Shown: piece by piece, positions 1 to 10,971 of the stretch | Position numbering within the stretch: the first letter of the stretch is position 1 | How the letters are laid out: each line of letters opens with the position of its first letter | Virus record (IMG/VR): IMGVR_UViG_3300021467_000006 | Span: 1-64,000 of that record | Source: a virus | Strand: one strand, 5' to 3' | Length of the DNA stretch: 64,000 nt | The notes under the pieces: generated by a model | The model's database searches: none | Seen by the model: the letters and a program-made list of their open reading frames with translations, nothing else | Told to the model about the DNA's origin: nothing | Made by a program: the position numbers and the translations under genes

Positions 1-960
1 CCCCCCCCTAATTATTATAGAGAATATAATAATAATTATTATCATACCAGACAAACTAATTGATAAAAAATTATCATAACTAATATTAAAAAATTATCAT
101 AATTTTTATTATGATTTTTATGTATACCAAGTCAATTAATTGATAAAAAATCATCATAATTTTTGTTATGAATTTTATGTATGCCTATTATTAAAAATAT
201 CATAACAATTATTAAAAAAACATCATAATTTTTGTTATGAATTTTATATGTAGCTATTATTATGAATTTTGCTTATAGTTACTACTATAGATTTTGTATA
301 TACCAACTAGTTGATAAAAAATTATCATAATTTTTGTTATGAATTTTACTTATACCAAGCCAACACATCCCCCACGCCCCTATACAAAAAACCTGGCATT
401 TTGGCACATTTCTTGTCATCTCCTCAGAACTGCCACAATTTTATTGCACTCATTGTTAATATTATAAACATAAAAATAATAACATCATAATCATAATTAT
501 GATATCGTTGCAGAATGTAATATAACTGCAGTAAAACTATTGCAGTTATAACAGTATTATTACTAATCCCTATTATAATATGTGCGATTATTTCATTGCA
601 CCTAGCCCTGGATGCAATAAAATATTTGCACTGCGTGAAATGGCACAATAAAAAAATCACGATTATCTGCAAAGCTATATATAATAATGATTTACCAGCT
701 ATTAAAAAATTTAATACTTAATAATTATGTAAATCAGTAGCAAAAACACAACATATTGTTGTTTTTTTACATCATGAATATAAAATATTGTAATCATTAA
801 ACAAATAGAAAAAATCATAACTTTGGTGTTGCATAAATATCACAATAATTAAGTGCAATAAAATTATTTCACAAAAATTGTTATGAATTTAAGTTATTGA
901 TATCATTAGAGAAATAAAAAATTATGAAAAAGTTATGAAATTGGCATTGTGAATGCATAT
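1..960. repeat. AT-rich non-coding region with imperfect direct repeats built on the palindrome TCATAA-N6-TTATGA
   Basis: Perfect palindrome copies at 97, 154, 223, 325 and 485; near copy at 869; no credible ORF. Confidence 0.85.
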
Positions 961-970
961 ATATTATGGC

Positions 971-1017
971 GTCCGGCTCGTTGAGCCGTACGAGCTGGAC
1001 ACATTATTAACAACGGC
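971..1017 (+). promoter_or_regulatory. Hairpin/pseudoknot leader element, copy 1
   Basis: Stem 971-981/990-1000 with loop TGAGCCGT; loop GCCGT is complementary to ACGGC 1013-1017, just upstream of the RBS. Confidence 0.55.
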
Positions 1018-1251
1018 ATGAGAGGAGAAACAAAGATGTTAGAATTAAATCCTAACTACAATAAAGCCAATGAACAAACATGGTGTTACCACGTCGAAAT
1101 AATCGACGAAAAAGGTAACACTATAGAAGTTATTAATTACCAAGTCACTACCGATGGTGGTGAACCTGGATGGGAAGACTTGGAAGGATACTTTGAAGAA
1201 AGGTACCCTGAAGCCGAAGAAATTATTTGTAATTTAATAGATGTATGTTAG
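1018..1251 (+). CDS. hypothetical early protein (acidic; start probably ATG near 1036)
   Basis: ORF with GAGGAG RBS. Confidence 0.7.
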   Translation: MRGETKMLELNPNYNKANEQTWCYHVEIIDEKGNTIEVINYQVTTDGGEPGWEDLEGYFEERYPEAEEIICNLIDVC

Positions 1252-1433
1252 GAGGATTTATCATGATAAACTTATTACCAATAGAAGAAAAAGAGACAGT
1301 TAAGGCTAGGATTGATAATCCTAATGATCTTGACGTTCTCTTTTATTTGTTTCCGCATAGTGAGATTACTGTCTATGCGGAAGAAAACAATAGTTATTTA
1401 GCCATTATTAAAGCGGATACTACAATTAATTAG
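1245..1433 (+). CDS. hypothetical protein
   Basis: ORF with AGGAGG RBS before an internal ATG. Confidence 0.65.
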   Translation: MLGGFIMINLLPIEEKETVKARIDNPNDLDVLFYLFPHSEITVYAEENNSYLAIIKADTTIN

Positions 1434-1447
1434 TATCCGCTTTTTTT
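1411..1447 (+). terminator. rho-independent terminator
   Basis: AAGCGGATACTA/TAGTATCCGCTT stem followed by a T run. Confidence 0.75.
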
Positions 1448-1497
1448 GTCTATACCAGTTATGCCGTACTGGTATAGACAGTATTAATAATAACGGC
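1447..1497 (+). promoter_or_regulatory. Hairpin/pseudoknot leader element, copy 2
   Basis: Stem 1447-1459/1468-1480 with loop TATGCCGT; ACGGC at 1493-1497 before AGGAGG. Confidence 0.55.
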
Positions 1498-1514
1498 TTA
1501 TAGGAGGCAAAGTT

Positions 1515-1709
1515 ATGGCTAGGAATTGGAAAAAGATTTATGAAGAATTCTTGGAGTCTCTACCTACAGAGACTCTTAAGGCAAGCTATGGGCATCATCC
1601 AGTTCTAGAGTCTATGAATAGACTCAAGTTGGATGGATGGAATGCCTATAAATGGTACTATGGGCAAGGCAGAGCTACGGAAAAAGAGCTTTTGCAATGC
1701 CAAAAATAA
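1515..1709 (+). CDS. hypothetical protein
   Basis: ORF with AGGAGG RBS. Confidence 0.7.
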   Translation: MARNWKKIYEEFLESLPTETLKASYGHHPVLESMNRLKLDGWNAYKWYYGQGRATEKELLQCQK

Positions 1710-1735
1710 TTAACTAACAATTATAGGAGGATAAC

Positions 1736-2155
1736 ATGACAAGGGAAGAATTCTTTAACGTCTGGTGTAATGTGAGGCATGTAGACAAAAGAACAAATTG
1801 GCAAGCAGAGGACAGCAAGTATCTGTTTTCTGCAATTGAATTTGTTGACAAGGTGCTAAACCTTGTCAACGACATTCCTGAAGAATATGTGGGATTGCTT
1901 GAGTTAAGGTCTCATAATGACAGGGAATTAACTATTTATTTGTCTTCTTGGAATGATAGAGTCATTAGCATTTACATTCCAAAAGAAATTATAGAGAAGG
2001 AATTAGAATTTGATAGTACCGTCGAAAAAGTACAGTACTATCTCAGCAAGCTCAAGGCGCTCCTGAAGAAACGCCTTGAGTTTATCCAAGAAGAAATCAC
2101 GGAAATCGAGCAAGTGTTTCTTGCTCGGATTCGTGATCTGAAAAAAGAAGACTAA
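1736..2155 (+). CDS. hypothetical protein
   Basis: ORF with AGGAGG RBS; followed by a terminator-like hairpin at 2165-2195. Confidence 0.75.
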   Translation: MTREEFFNVWCNVRHVDKRTNWQAEDSKYLFSAIEFVDKVLNLVNDIPEEYVGLLELRSHNDRELTIYLSSWNDRVISIYIPKEIIEKELEFDSTVEKVQYYLSKLKALLKKRLEFIQEEITEIEQVFLARIRDLKKED

Positions 2156-2285
2156 ACATTTTTTGCCAGGTTGAGTTTTTCAGCCTGGCATTTATTTTAT
2201 CGTAAATATTACAAAAACACTATATACTAATCATGGTTTTTGGTGCCTACGAAACAATACTATCAAACATAAGGAGTGTAAAATT

Positions 2286-2741
2286 ATGAAAAAGATAGTA
2301 TACATTAAGCCTGTAAAAGATACTATATCTAACATACCGGTTTTAACAGTTACAAATTTTCGCAAAGGGAAAAGGATTGTAATTGATTTGAGAAAAATAC
2401 AATCCCGTAAATATTGGACACGGATTTATAACCGTTTTGGCTATAGAGTCCGTCCTAATCATATAAAGCTAGATCATAAACTTATATGCCTTATATTTGA
2501 CGTACCTTCTGACAGACTCCACAAAAAATTAGCCAAAAGATTGTTTAATTCATGGAAGAATAACTCGTTTTCCCTGGAAAATATATCATACGACAGGGAA
2601 AAGGATATATTACATGTCACCTGTCCAGAATACAATCCTAGCAATCGTTATTACAATACGTTAGGAATTACCAAAGATCAAGTATGGTATCTTATGAGGC
2701 AATCAGAGCTAAAAAATAAAGAAATATTAAATATAGCTTAA
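2286..2741 (+). CDS. hypothetical protein
   Basis: ORF with AAGGAG RBS. Confidence 0.7.
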   Translation: MKKIVYIKPVKDTISNIPVLTVTNFRKGKRIVIDLRKIQSRKYWTRIYNRFGYRVRPNHIKLDHKLICLIFDVPSDRLHKKLAKRLFNSWKNNSFSLENISYDREKDILHVTCPEYNPSNRYYNTLGITKDQVWYLMRQSELKNKEILNIA

Positions 2742-2759
2742 TTATAGGAGGTTTAAGCC

Positions 2760-3041
2760 ATGTTAAAAAGAAGAATTTATAAAGTTTATACTTATGATCT
2801 ATGGCGTGACGAACATGGATACTATGTTAACGATTGCTATGAAACAGATATAATCATTACAGTTAATGACTATACTTCTGACAGAGAAATAATAAAGAAA
2901 CTAAAAGAAAAAGGATTCCTTAAGAAGAATTTGCGATATAAATCTTTTGAAGTATATGGAGATATTGACGACTTATATATTGATTATTTTAGCCAAAAAA
3001 CAGGTTTAATACCGGTATGTAAACTAAGATTAATTGATTAA
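2760..3041 (+). CDS. hypothetical protein, paralog A of a tandem pair
   Basis: YDLWRDEHGYYVN...QKTGLIPVCKLRL shared with the next ORF. Confidence 0.8.
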   Translation: MLKRRIYKVYTYDLWRDEHGYYVNDCYETDIIITVNDYTSDREIIKKLKEKGFLKKNLRYKSFEVYGDIDDLYIDYFSQKTGLIPVCKLRLID

Positions 3042-3357
3042 TGATAAGGAGGTAAAAGTTATGAAAAAAGTATATAAAATATATGATTATGATTTGTGGC
3101 GTGATGAGTATGGATACTATGTTAATAATGTTTTTGGTACGGATTTTACTGTAGCTTTGAATGATAATGCTACAGATTTAGAAATAATAAGAATGTTAAA
3201 AGATAAGGGATTTATTAACAAATACACACGGAATAAATCCCTTAACATTTCTGGTGATGAATATTGCATTTACGTTGAATATTGCACACAAAAGACAGGG
3301 TTAATGCCTGTATGTGAATTAAGATTAGTAACCGAAAAAACCATTGGATTAGTATAG
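3034..3357 (+). CDS. hypothetical protein, paralog B of a tandem pair (start probably 3061)
   Basis: YDLWRDEYGYYVN...QKTGLMPVCELRL. Confidence 0.8.
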   Translation: MINDKEVKVMKKVYKIYDYDLWRDEYGYYVNNVFGTDFTVALNDNATDLEIIRMLKDKGFINKYTRNKSLNISGDEYCIYVEYCTQKTGLMPVCELRLVTEKTIGLV

Positions 3358-3369
3358 CAGTAACAAGGA

Positions 3370-3723
3370 GTGATTATCATGGAAAAAGTAGAATACTACA
3401 AGAAAACATTAAATGATAGCAGTTTAGAGTTTATTATTGATGATTGTTATAAGTCTATAAAAGCTATGCCTAACAATGAAAAAGTACCAGAATACTACAA
3501 TCTAGCCAAGGAGCTAGAAAACGAGCTATATATAAGGCATAGCAAAAGGATATTCCGAAAGCAAATTAAGCGGTATTGTTTAGATCCGTTAACTTTTCCT
3601 GTAAGAAAGTATCGGAATAGACTAGAACCACTAGACTTTAAAACCAGGTATCTAATGAATGATATCTTTCATACAGCAAATTTTGAGCTTGCTTATTATA
3701 AGAAATTAAAGAAAGAGAAATAA
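3370..3723 (+). CDS. hypothetical protein
   Basis: ORF with RBS. Confidence 0.7.
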   Translation: MIIMEKVEYYKKTLNDSSLEFIIDDCYKSIKAMPNNEKVPEYYNLAKELENELYIRHSKRIFRKQIKRYCLDPLTFPVRKYRNRLEPLDFKTRYLMNDIFHTANFELAYYKKLKKEK

Positions 3724-3807
3724 AATATATCATATCCTGGTATCAATTCGATACCAGGATATATTTTTATCCATTAATCATATATCGAATTTAAGGAGGG
3801 CTAAAAG

Positions 3808-4221
3808 ATGCAAGAAATCAAAGCTAAAATCGAATTGCTAGAAGTATATGGACATAAAATTAATGACGAATTTATCATTTCTGTCTGTCAGAATATCCTT
3901 AATGATCTACAGACAGAAAAAACCGAGGCTCAAAAAGATAGCTATGAAAAAGAAATCTTAAAGAAATTTGCAGGGAAACATCACAAATTTGTAAACAAGA
4001 AATTCCCTGGATTTAAAGGACTAGATAAGGATATTTGGAACGAAGTCAAGTATATTCAAGGTGATTCTGGTAAGGGAATCGCCAAAAAAGCAATCCTTTT
4101 AAATAAACATAGCGGAATATTGCTTAAAACTAACATTAGATTTGATTATATGATAACAAGGCTTAAATCCTTCGGAATTAACCTTAAGAAAATAGCTCCT
4201 AGCTATTATGAAATATTATGA
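3808..4221 (+). CDS. hypothetical protein
   Basis: ORF with AAGGAGG RBS. Confidence 0.7.
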   Translation: MQEIKAKIELLEVYGHKINDEFIISVCQNILNDLQTEKTEAQKDSYEKEILKKFAGKHHKFVNKKFPGFKGLDKDIWNEVKYIQGDSGKGIAKKAILLNKHSGILLKTNIRFDYMITRLKSFGINLKKIAPSYYEIL

Positions 4222-4349
4222 AAAAATCGAGGGCATTTTAGCCCTCTTTTTCATAATAAAAGTTATGAAATATAATCGAGGCTTTTATTGTCTGATATGG
4301 AATTTAAACAGGGCTTCAGAATTTCATAATTTTTATTATGAAAAAATGG

Positions 4350-4378
4350 TTGACAAAATGCTAAACTTGTGGTATAAT
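4350..4378 (+). promoter_or_regulatory. consensus sigma70-type promoter with extended -10
   Basis: TTGACA-17-TATAAT with TG-n; two TCATAA-N6-TTATGA palindromes upstream (4251, 4324). Confidence 0.85.
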
Positions 4379-4412
4379 ATTAATCAAACAATAGAGAAAA
4401 GGAGGTTTTAAA

Positions 4413-5069
4413 ATGGAAAAGAGAGATATTAAACAAAAAATTAATGAGAGGTTAGAGAAAGAGCTTAAAATTGCCGGAAGAATACAAAAATACATTTATG
4501 AAAAATCCGGTTACTATGAATTCGGGAAAGCACATTATTATGATTTTCCTGGAAAAGAAATCGTTATTGCCGCTGACTGGAATTCCCTCCCTGATAAACT
4601 CTATAATTACATAGATAATGAATTGGAGTTTGTTCATCCCACCTTTTTAGACGAAATTGCCACTTGCTCCCACTGTGGGAAAATTGTCTCCACTGTTCCA
4701 GATTCCGCTTTTTGGGAACCTAATTATATTATAGATGACGAGTACGGGGAATTGATTTGCCGTGAATGTATAGAGGAGAACCCCGACTTGTTAATTGATA
4801 TATGCAAAAATAGAATTGATAAAGCCGTGCCTTCTTGGGGCTATGATATCATTAAAAAAGCCGGTTTTTCGTGTATCGACTCAGAGGGGGGCTCCTGTAA
4901 ATACTTTAATAATGGTTTTCACTACGGGAACGACACTCCCGAAGAAATTCTTGAAGAATTCGCCGAAGAATTCGGTTTTGAATTAGGGGAAAAATTTGAC
5001 TATGTGTGGTTTATAAATAGTGCTGATTGCTTCCAAGTAAAATTTAGCTTGTGGATAAGAGAAAAATAA
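4413..5069 (+). CDS. hypothetical protein with CxxC pairs (putative Zn-binding)
   Basis: CSHC and CREC motifs; strong RBS. Confidence 0.75.
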   Translation: MEKRDIKQKINERLEKELKIAGRIQKYIYEKSGYYEFGKAHYYDFPGKEIVIAADWNSLPDKLYNYIDNELEFVHPTFLDEIATCSHCGKIVSTVPDSAFWEPNYIIDDEYGELICRECIEENPDLLIDICKNRIDKAVPSWGYDIIKKAGFSCIDSEGGSCKYFNNGFHYGNDTPEEILEEFAEEFGFELGEKFDYVWFINSADCFQVKFSLWIREK

Positions 5070-5757
5070 CAATAATTGAATTCAAAGAGGGCTTTAAAAT
5101 GGCAATACAGGAATTATTCAAAAAAGTAGAAAAAGAAATAAAAGAGTTAAAAGTTAACCCTAATAACGAACTAGAAAAGCGATTTCATGATGAAATCGTG
5201 GAAACATATGTAATAATCAGGGATTGTTATCATAATCAAGATAATGAAGGTAGGGTTTTCATAATTGATGCCCAAAATAAATCAGCAGTTTTATTTAACT
5301 TTACTTATCGTCTATCAGATAAATTCGGAGAACAGGTAAATAAGATATTTCTTCACTTATTCGAATTATCAAGACTTGTTAAAATATCAATATACGGATA
5401 GAAAGGGGGATATTATGAAAAATACATGCAAAAAATGTTTGTGCAGTACATGCAAAAACTATAATTGCCCTGTACCATGCAAGGCACATATACCGTGTGA
5501 TTTTCCTGTAACAAAATGCAAAAATTATATCAAAAAATAAAGGGGCTAAAATGTTTAAAGTAGGTGACAAAGTAAAAGTTATCACAAATCCAAAAGGTAC
5601 ATTATGGGAGAAAGGAACAATAGAAAAAGTATTAAAAAAAGAGAAATTGGCATTAATAAATTATGGGCTTAAATCTTTTCCAATATTAGATATCAGGGAA
5701 CCGTGGAAAAGATTTGAGGAATTAGAACTCATTAACGAAATAGAAAGGGGGTAACTC

Positions 5758-6042
5758 ATGATTACTATTGATGATAGAACCGAAGAACAAAAAAAGACAC
5801 ATACAATTATCTTTGTAGGCACAGATAAATTTTTATCCGGTTGGGGTCAAGCTCAGGACGGGGCTTCATATGCTGGTTGGGCTTGCAAACCTGAAGATCG
5901 GTATAAGGTTGAAAATTGGGTTAGGAATAGAGGCGATATGCTGAGGGTTAGAGAGGTAGGAAATAACTATAGACCTAACCCTAGATATTGTGCCCATTTC
6001 CATATTTATGTTGTAGATAATGAGCATCCGGCAATCAAATAA
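5758..6042 (+). CDS. hypothetical phage protein
   Basis: ORF with RBS. Confidence 0.75.
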   Translation: MITIDDRTEEQKKTHTIIFVGTDKFLSGWGQAQDGASYAGWACKPEDRYKVENWVRNRGDMLRVREVGNNYRPNPRYCAHFHIYVVDNEHPAIK

Positions 6043-6058
6043 AAAAGGAGGATAAATC

Positions 6059-6298
6059 ATGCCAAGAAATGTTAGAAATTTTTGGGTAGAGGTTGAGGTT
6101 GACGGGTATAAGAACCCTATAAAGTTTGGCCCTAGGGAAAAAGACGGGGGCTTTGAAATGGTAATAAAGCAACGAAAAGAGGGAAAGGTTGCTATAGGTG
6201 CTTATATTAGGGGCTTTGTAACTGAAAGCGGACAAATCGTTCTTTCTATAGAATCAGGACAGAATATAAATCATATGGAAGTAGTTACAAAAAGATAA
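6059..6298 (+). CDS. hypothetical protein
   Basis: ORF with AGGAGG RBS. Confidence 0.7.
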   Translation: MPRNVRNFWVEVEVDGYKNPIKFGPREKDGGFEMVIKQRKEGKVAIGAYIRGFVTESGQIVLSIESGQNINHMEVVTKR

Positions 6299-6559
6299 TA
6301 AATCGAGGGGGCTTTTGCCTCCTCTAATCAAATTATAAGGGGGATTAAATGCTATACGCAAGAAAGAAGCCCTGTCAGTTAACAAAATTTAAATATGGGA
6401 AGTGGAGACCAATTAAAAAGATCGAGGAAGTTAAAAATATATTTGGAACTACTGAGGCAATTGTTTGGTATGCTGATACCCTAGATTGGGATTTTATTTT
6501 TAATGTTGAAATAAAAGAGAAAGGAGTTGAATAGATGAAATAGAAAGGAGGGTTAAGAA

Positions 6560-6784
6560 ATGGCAAATTTTATCAACTGTAAAGCACCTAAAGGCTGGAG
6601 GCCACAAATCGGGGAGTTGGTTATTGGTAGATCGGGAAAACGTGAATTCAAAGGCTACGTTCTGGAATCTACCAAAAAGAAAGGGAAGCCAGCTATTTTC
6701 AACCGCTGGGGCGCCGTGCTTTGTTGGATCGAAACAGAGGCAGGAACTAAAAAAGCCGTTAATGAACTAAGACCAGGATATTAA
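6560..6784 (+). CDS. hypothetical protein
   Basis: ORF with AGGAGG RBS. Confidence 0.7.
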   Translation: MANFINCKAPKGWRPQIGELVIGRSGKREFKGYVLESTKKKGKPAIFNRWGAVLCWIETEAGTKKAVNELRPGY

Positions 6785-6800
6785 AAGGAGGATATCAAAC

Positions 6801-7247
6801 ATGGAAAAAATGAAGCTAACAGGAAGAGACGGGTATAAATGCGTTAATTTTCATGATTTTATGTATATAAATACATCCGTCAATTGGTGGGTTGCAGAAA
6901 TAACAGGATTGCATCCCAAATTTAAATTCAATAGGTCTTTTCTAGAAGGATTTACAAGGGATTCAAAAAGAAGAAAAGAGCCTTATTTGCCTGTAGAAAA
7001 CATTCCTCTTGATGTCCCTATCGAAATAGTGGGGGGAAGTTGGAAAAATCAAAATAGGCAATATCTAATATTTAGAAAAATCGAGGGAGATTATATCTTT
7101 TATGAAAAATTTTCTGAGGGTGAAATAGTTAGCATGTTCAGAGATATGAAACCTGAAGAACGATATAAAGAAATACTTGAAAAGATGGTTAAAGAAATAG
7201 GAAAAGCGAGGATAATTTCAATATTGGCTGAAATTGAGGAGGGTTGA
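6801..7247 (+). CDS. hypothetical protein
   Basis: ORF with AGGAGG RBS. Confidence 0.75.
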   Translation: MEKMKLTGRDGYKCVNFHDFMYINTSVNWWVAEITGLHPKFKFNRSFLEGFTRDSKRRKEPYLPVENIPLDVPIEIVGGSWKNQNRQYLIFRKIEGDYIFYEKFSEGEIVSMFRDMKPEERYKEILEKMVKEIGKARIISILAEIEEG

Positions 7248-7854
7248 ATCATGATTATGTATGATCCTAAATGCAAAGATTTTGTTAATAAAATGTTTAG
7301 GGAATATGATGTTTGAGGAGATAGTGTTTATAAGTTGTATATCAAAACTCTATTTTAACAGCATTAAAAAGAAAAAGGAGGATTAGAACGTGGACACAAT
7401 AAATTTTACTGAAATAACTCTTCAAATCAATACAAAGTTAAAAGAGAAAGGGTTTAAATCTAGAATTGTTTCAAACATCTATGACAGTTTTAATGTGTAT
7501 GTTCACCCACATGATAATTTCGAGGAATTAGTAAATGAACTTACTAACATCTCAGAAAAACATCTATATATTTATACATTTATGTATAGTAAGGAGGTTT
7601 AAATCATGATTTATATAGCAATCGAGGGTGGAATAATCACTTCTGTAACAAAAGATAACGATGAGTGTGATGAAGTTTGCGTAATTGATTATGATGTTCA
7701 ACCAACTTCAGGCGGGGAAGTAGAATTCACATATGGCAAAAAAGAAGAGGCTTATGTTTATTATGTACCTATTGAAAGGACATTTATTAAAAAAGTAAAA
7801 GAATCAAGATAAAATGGAAAGCTTATAGAGAATTTATGAAAAAGGAGGGACAAA

Positions 7855-8400
7855 GTGAAAAAGATTTTAAAAGATTTTGCGTCCAATTTTTTAAATACAT
7901 ACCAAGAAGAATATAAAAAATGGGGATTAACATTAAATATTTCTCAATCGAGAAATTATCCTTGGGCTTATATAAATGTTTATTCTGATACAAAAAATGA
8001 TCTGCCTCTTTATTATGGTTGCTATAAAATAACTATCAACAACAAGTCAGAACCTTATATCTATTCTAGCAAAGGTTGTTTTCTATATACCCTCGGAGGA
8101 GAACGTATCGACTTACGTCTAGGGTTTCTACTTTATCTTATAAAACACAAAATAACAAAACAAGAGTTCAAAAAATATATAGTTAGTGCTGATTATTTTA
8201 GAGCAGATATATACTGTAGGACATTATATTTAAGAGATCATAATATTTTCATGATAAAAACCTATGATGAAGAAAGCATGATTTACAAATGGGAATCCAA
8301 GAAGATAAAAAGGAAAGCACCTAAATTAAGAGATCTATCCTATACAGTTGAGAGATTAGTACATGAATGTCTAGACAACACCAAAGGAGGGATAAAGTGA
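7855..8400 (+). CDS. hypothetical protein
   Basis: GTG start with AGGAGG RBS. Confidence 0.7.
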   Translation: MKKILKDFASNFLNTYQEEYKKWGLTLNISQSRNYPWAYINVYSDTKNDLPLYYGCYKITINNKSEPYIYSSKGCFLYTLGGERIDLRLGFLLYLIKHKITKQEFKKYIVSADYFRADIYCRTLYLRDHNIFMIKTYDEESMIYKWESKKIKRKAPKLRDLSYTVERLVHECLDNTKGGIK

Positions 8401-8741
8401 AAATCATAAATCTAACAGCACATCCGGTAAGGGTGATTAATGAGGATAATAAAATAATTGCTACATTTCCCCCTAGCGGAAAAGTTGCCAGGGCATTAAC
8501 AGAATTTGAACCTGGCTGGACAATAGAAATCGAGGATACTTTTATCCCCACTAGCAGACCAAAATTTAAGGGGGTAGCTGATCTACCCCCACCAAAAGAT
8601 GGGGTTTTATATATCGTTTCTATTGTTCTATTCAATAAAATAAAAGGAAGGAGGGATGTAATAGCACCTGATACAGGGCTTGATTGTATTAAAGATGGCA
8701 ATGGAAATGTATTTGCAGTTAGAAGATTTCTGGTAAAATAA
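8397..8741 (+). CDS. conserved viral hypothetical protein (NLTxH...PPSG...YIVS...APDTG type)
   Basis: Motif pattern recalled from small phage proteins; GTG start after AGGAGG. Confidence 0.7.
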   Translation: MKIINLTAHPVRVINEDNKIIATFPPSGKVARALTEFEPGWTIEIEDTFIPTSRPKFKGVADLPPPKDGVLYIVSIVLFNKIKGRRDVIAPDTGLDCIKDGNGNVFAVRRFLVK

Positions 8742-8832
8742 AAATCATAATAAAAATTATGAAAAAGTTATGATTGACAAAACATAGCATTTTATACTAA
8801 AATATAATCCAAAAAGAAAGGGGGTTAGAGAA

Positions 8833-9150
8833 ATGGGAGAGGTAGCTTTTAAAAAGAAAGATTATATACAGGAATGGTTCGAGGGAAGTTGCGAAATCAA
8901 ATATAACTATGTTGATTACGGTTTTGGCATCATTGAGCATGGAAATAACATCATAAATCACCATTCTTATGTTTGGGAAATTGATTTTGTAAAAATCCAC
9001 GATTTCAAAATAGACCTTCCCGATGGTTACCACGTCCTCACAGTAGAAGATCGAGACCCTGATGATAACGAAGTGGTTATCAATATGGGAATTACTGTAA
9101 AAAATGGAAGAATAGACCCTTATTCGTGGTGGTGGGAAGAAAAATTCTAA
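8833..9150 (+). CDS. hypothetical protein
   Basis: ORF downstream of a TTGACA element at 8774. Confidence 0.7.
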   Translation: MGEVAFKKKDYIQEWFEGSCEIKYNYVDYGFGIIEHGNNIINHHSYVWEIDFVKIHDFKIDLPDGYHVLTVEDRDPDDNEVVINMGITVKNGRIDPYSWWWEEKF

Positions 9151-9169
9151 GAAAAGGAGGTATAAAACA

Positions 9170-9403
9170 ATGGGATGGAGATACCTAGGTAGATTATCGG
9201 ATTTCTGGAGGGAACATCCAGAAGAGGCAGAAAGAGAATTTGAATATCAAACAGAACAGGATAAATGGTATACAGTTTATAAGTGCCCTGAATGTGGAAA
9301 GTTATCATTAATGGGATTTATCAATACAGAAGAAAATTGGGAATTGCCTGATCTTCCAGGTTGCGAGCATTGGACAGGTATAGGCGATCCAGAGGAGGAA
9401 TAA
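9170..9403 (+). CDS. hypothetical protein with a Zn-ribbon-like CPEC motif
   Basis: ORF with RBS. Confidence 0.65.
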   Translation: MGWRYLGRLSDFWREHPEEAEREFEYQTEQDKWYTVYKCPECGKLSLMGFINTEENWELPDLPGCEHWTGIGDPEEE

Positions 9404-9848
9404 TGAAGATATTTACCGCTTTTATGATACTGGTAGTGGTATTGTTATTTACTTTGATTGCAATTAAAACACCTAAATATCTCCCTATGTCTTTAGGGAT
9501 ATTCTTTGCATCAGCTATAATAAATGCTGTAGCTTTTACGTTGATGAGAAAATTAATACTGAAAAGATAAGAGTATTCAGGAGGCAAATATTATGAAATT
9601 ATATTTTCATGGTTTTTGTCAGGGATATGGCAAAACAAAGAACCATTTTAGAGGCAAGAAAGATTCCGGTATATGGTGCAAACTTTCAAGCCCTAATACC
9701 GGAATCGAGGTCAGAATAACCCATGATAAAGAAAGGAGGTTAGATATAATCGAGGTATATGAAACTTTAGGGGGGATTAAAAATAGCCTTAAAACATTAA
9801 TTTTCGCTGGTGAAAGAGAAGCTAAAATAGCTTAGGAAAAGGAATAAA

Positions 9849-10685
9849 ATGGATATATTCGATAAAAATTATGATCGTGATATTCCAAGTTTTGCTAATA
9901 TTAATTTATTAGGAACATGCAATATGGATTGCTATTTTTGTTTAGGAAAAGATCTTGAGGAAGAATTTTCAAAAACCAAATCTGAAAATATTCATTTTAG
10001 TGAATGGGAAAATTTCGATAAATTTTTACTATTTTGTAAACGTCACAACATCAAAAACATTTATATAACTGGCCAAAATACTGATCCATTGTTGTATCAA
10101 TATTTAAAAGAATTAATTGAGTTCTTGCAAAAAGATATGGGGTTTTTTGTTGGGATCAGAACCAATGGTTTATTGGCAGTTGGTTTATTGAATGTTCTTA
10201 ATTTATGTAAAAGAACAATAGGATATACACTACATTCTTTTAATAAAGAAAATTATCATAAAATAACTGGAATTGAAACCTTTCCGAATTGGGAGTATAT
10301 TTTGTCTAATACAAAAAATTCCAGAATATCAATTGTGGTAAATAGATATAATTTCATGGAGTTATTAGATCTTATTAAATTTGCTGCATCATTTGACAAT
10401 GTTAAATATATCCAATTGAGAAGAGTTTCAACTGATACAAGAAAAGAATTGCTAAAACCTGATGCTAAATTATTTGAAAAAATAGCCAACTCACTTAGAA
10501 AAATCGGAAAACTAAGAGATTTTGCAGGTGCAGAAATAGTTAATTTATTTGGAAAGGAGGTGGTTCTTTGGAGGACAGTTAAAACAAAAGTAAATAGTTT
10601 TAACTATTATACTGATGGGATATTTACCGATGAATATTTTATTATCGAGGGGTATCTTAAAGCAAAAGGGAGAATAAAATGTTAA
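9849..10685 (+). CDS. radical SAM enzyme
   Basis: CNMDCYFC (CxxxCxxC) near the N-terminus; TGQNTDP and RTNG motifs. Confidence 0.9.
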   Translation: MDIFDKNYDRDIPSFANINLLGTCNMDCYFCLGKDLEEEFSKTKSENIHFSEWENFDKFLLFCKRHNIKNIYITGQNTDPLLYQYLKELIEFLQKDMGFFVGIRTNGLLAVGLLNVLNLCKRTIGYTLHSFNKENYHKITGIETFPNWEYILSNTKNSRISIVVNRYNFMELLDLIKFAASFDNVKYIQLRRVSTDTRKELLKPDAKLFEKIANSLRKIGKLRDFAGAEIVNLFGKEVVLWRTVKTKVNSFNYYTDGIFTDEYFIIEGYLKAKGRIKC

Positions 10686-10971
10686 CAGAACAGGAGAAAG
10701 AAAAACTTAAAAAGTATCCCAAATGGATAAAAGATTATATCAAAGAATTGGAAGAAAAATTATCAGAAACAAAAAAGACAATAAGGATTTTAAATAAAGA
10801 GGAACGTGAATCTGATATTTGGGTTCAAACAGGGGATAACAATGGTTTTTATCTCAATAATAATGCAAGAATAAAATTCAAAGATGGAATATCAATAATA
10901 GAAGTTTATTTCGAGGATGAACATAGAATAGTAGTACAAGGCCATACTTGTATAAAAGTATTACCTAGAGC

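Noticed and set aside
1-20. Poly-C start as the physical genome terminus
   Set aside because: The window edge may be arbitrary, and no matching terminal repeat can be verified inside the window
424-672. 82-aa minus-strand ORF
   Set aside because: Lies in AT-rich repeat DNA, is low in complexity, lacks an RBS and runs opposite to local gene orientation
4208-4411. 67-aa ORF
   Set aside because: Overlaps a terminator-like hairpin, two palindromes and a consensus promoter, so it is probably regulatory DNA
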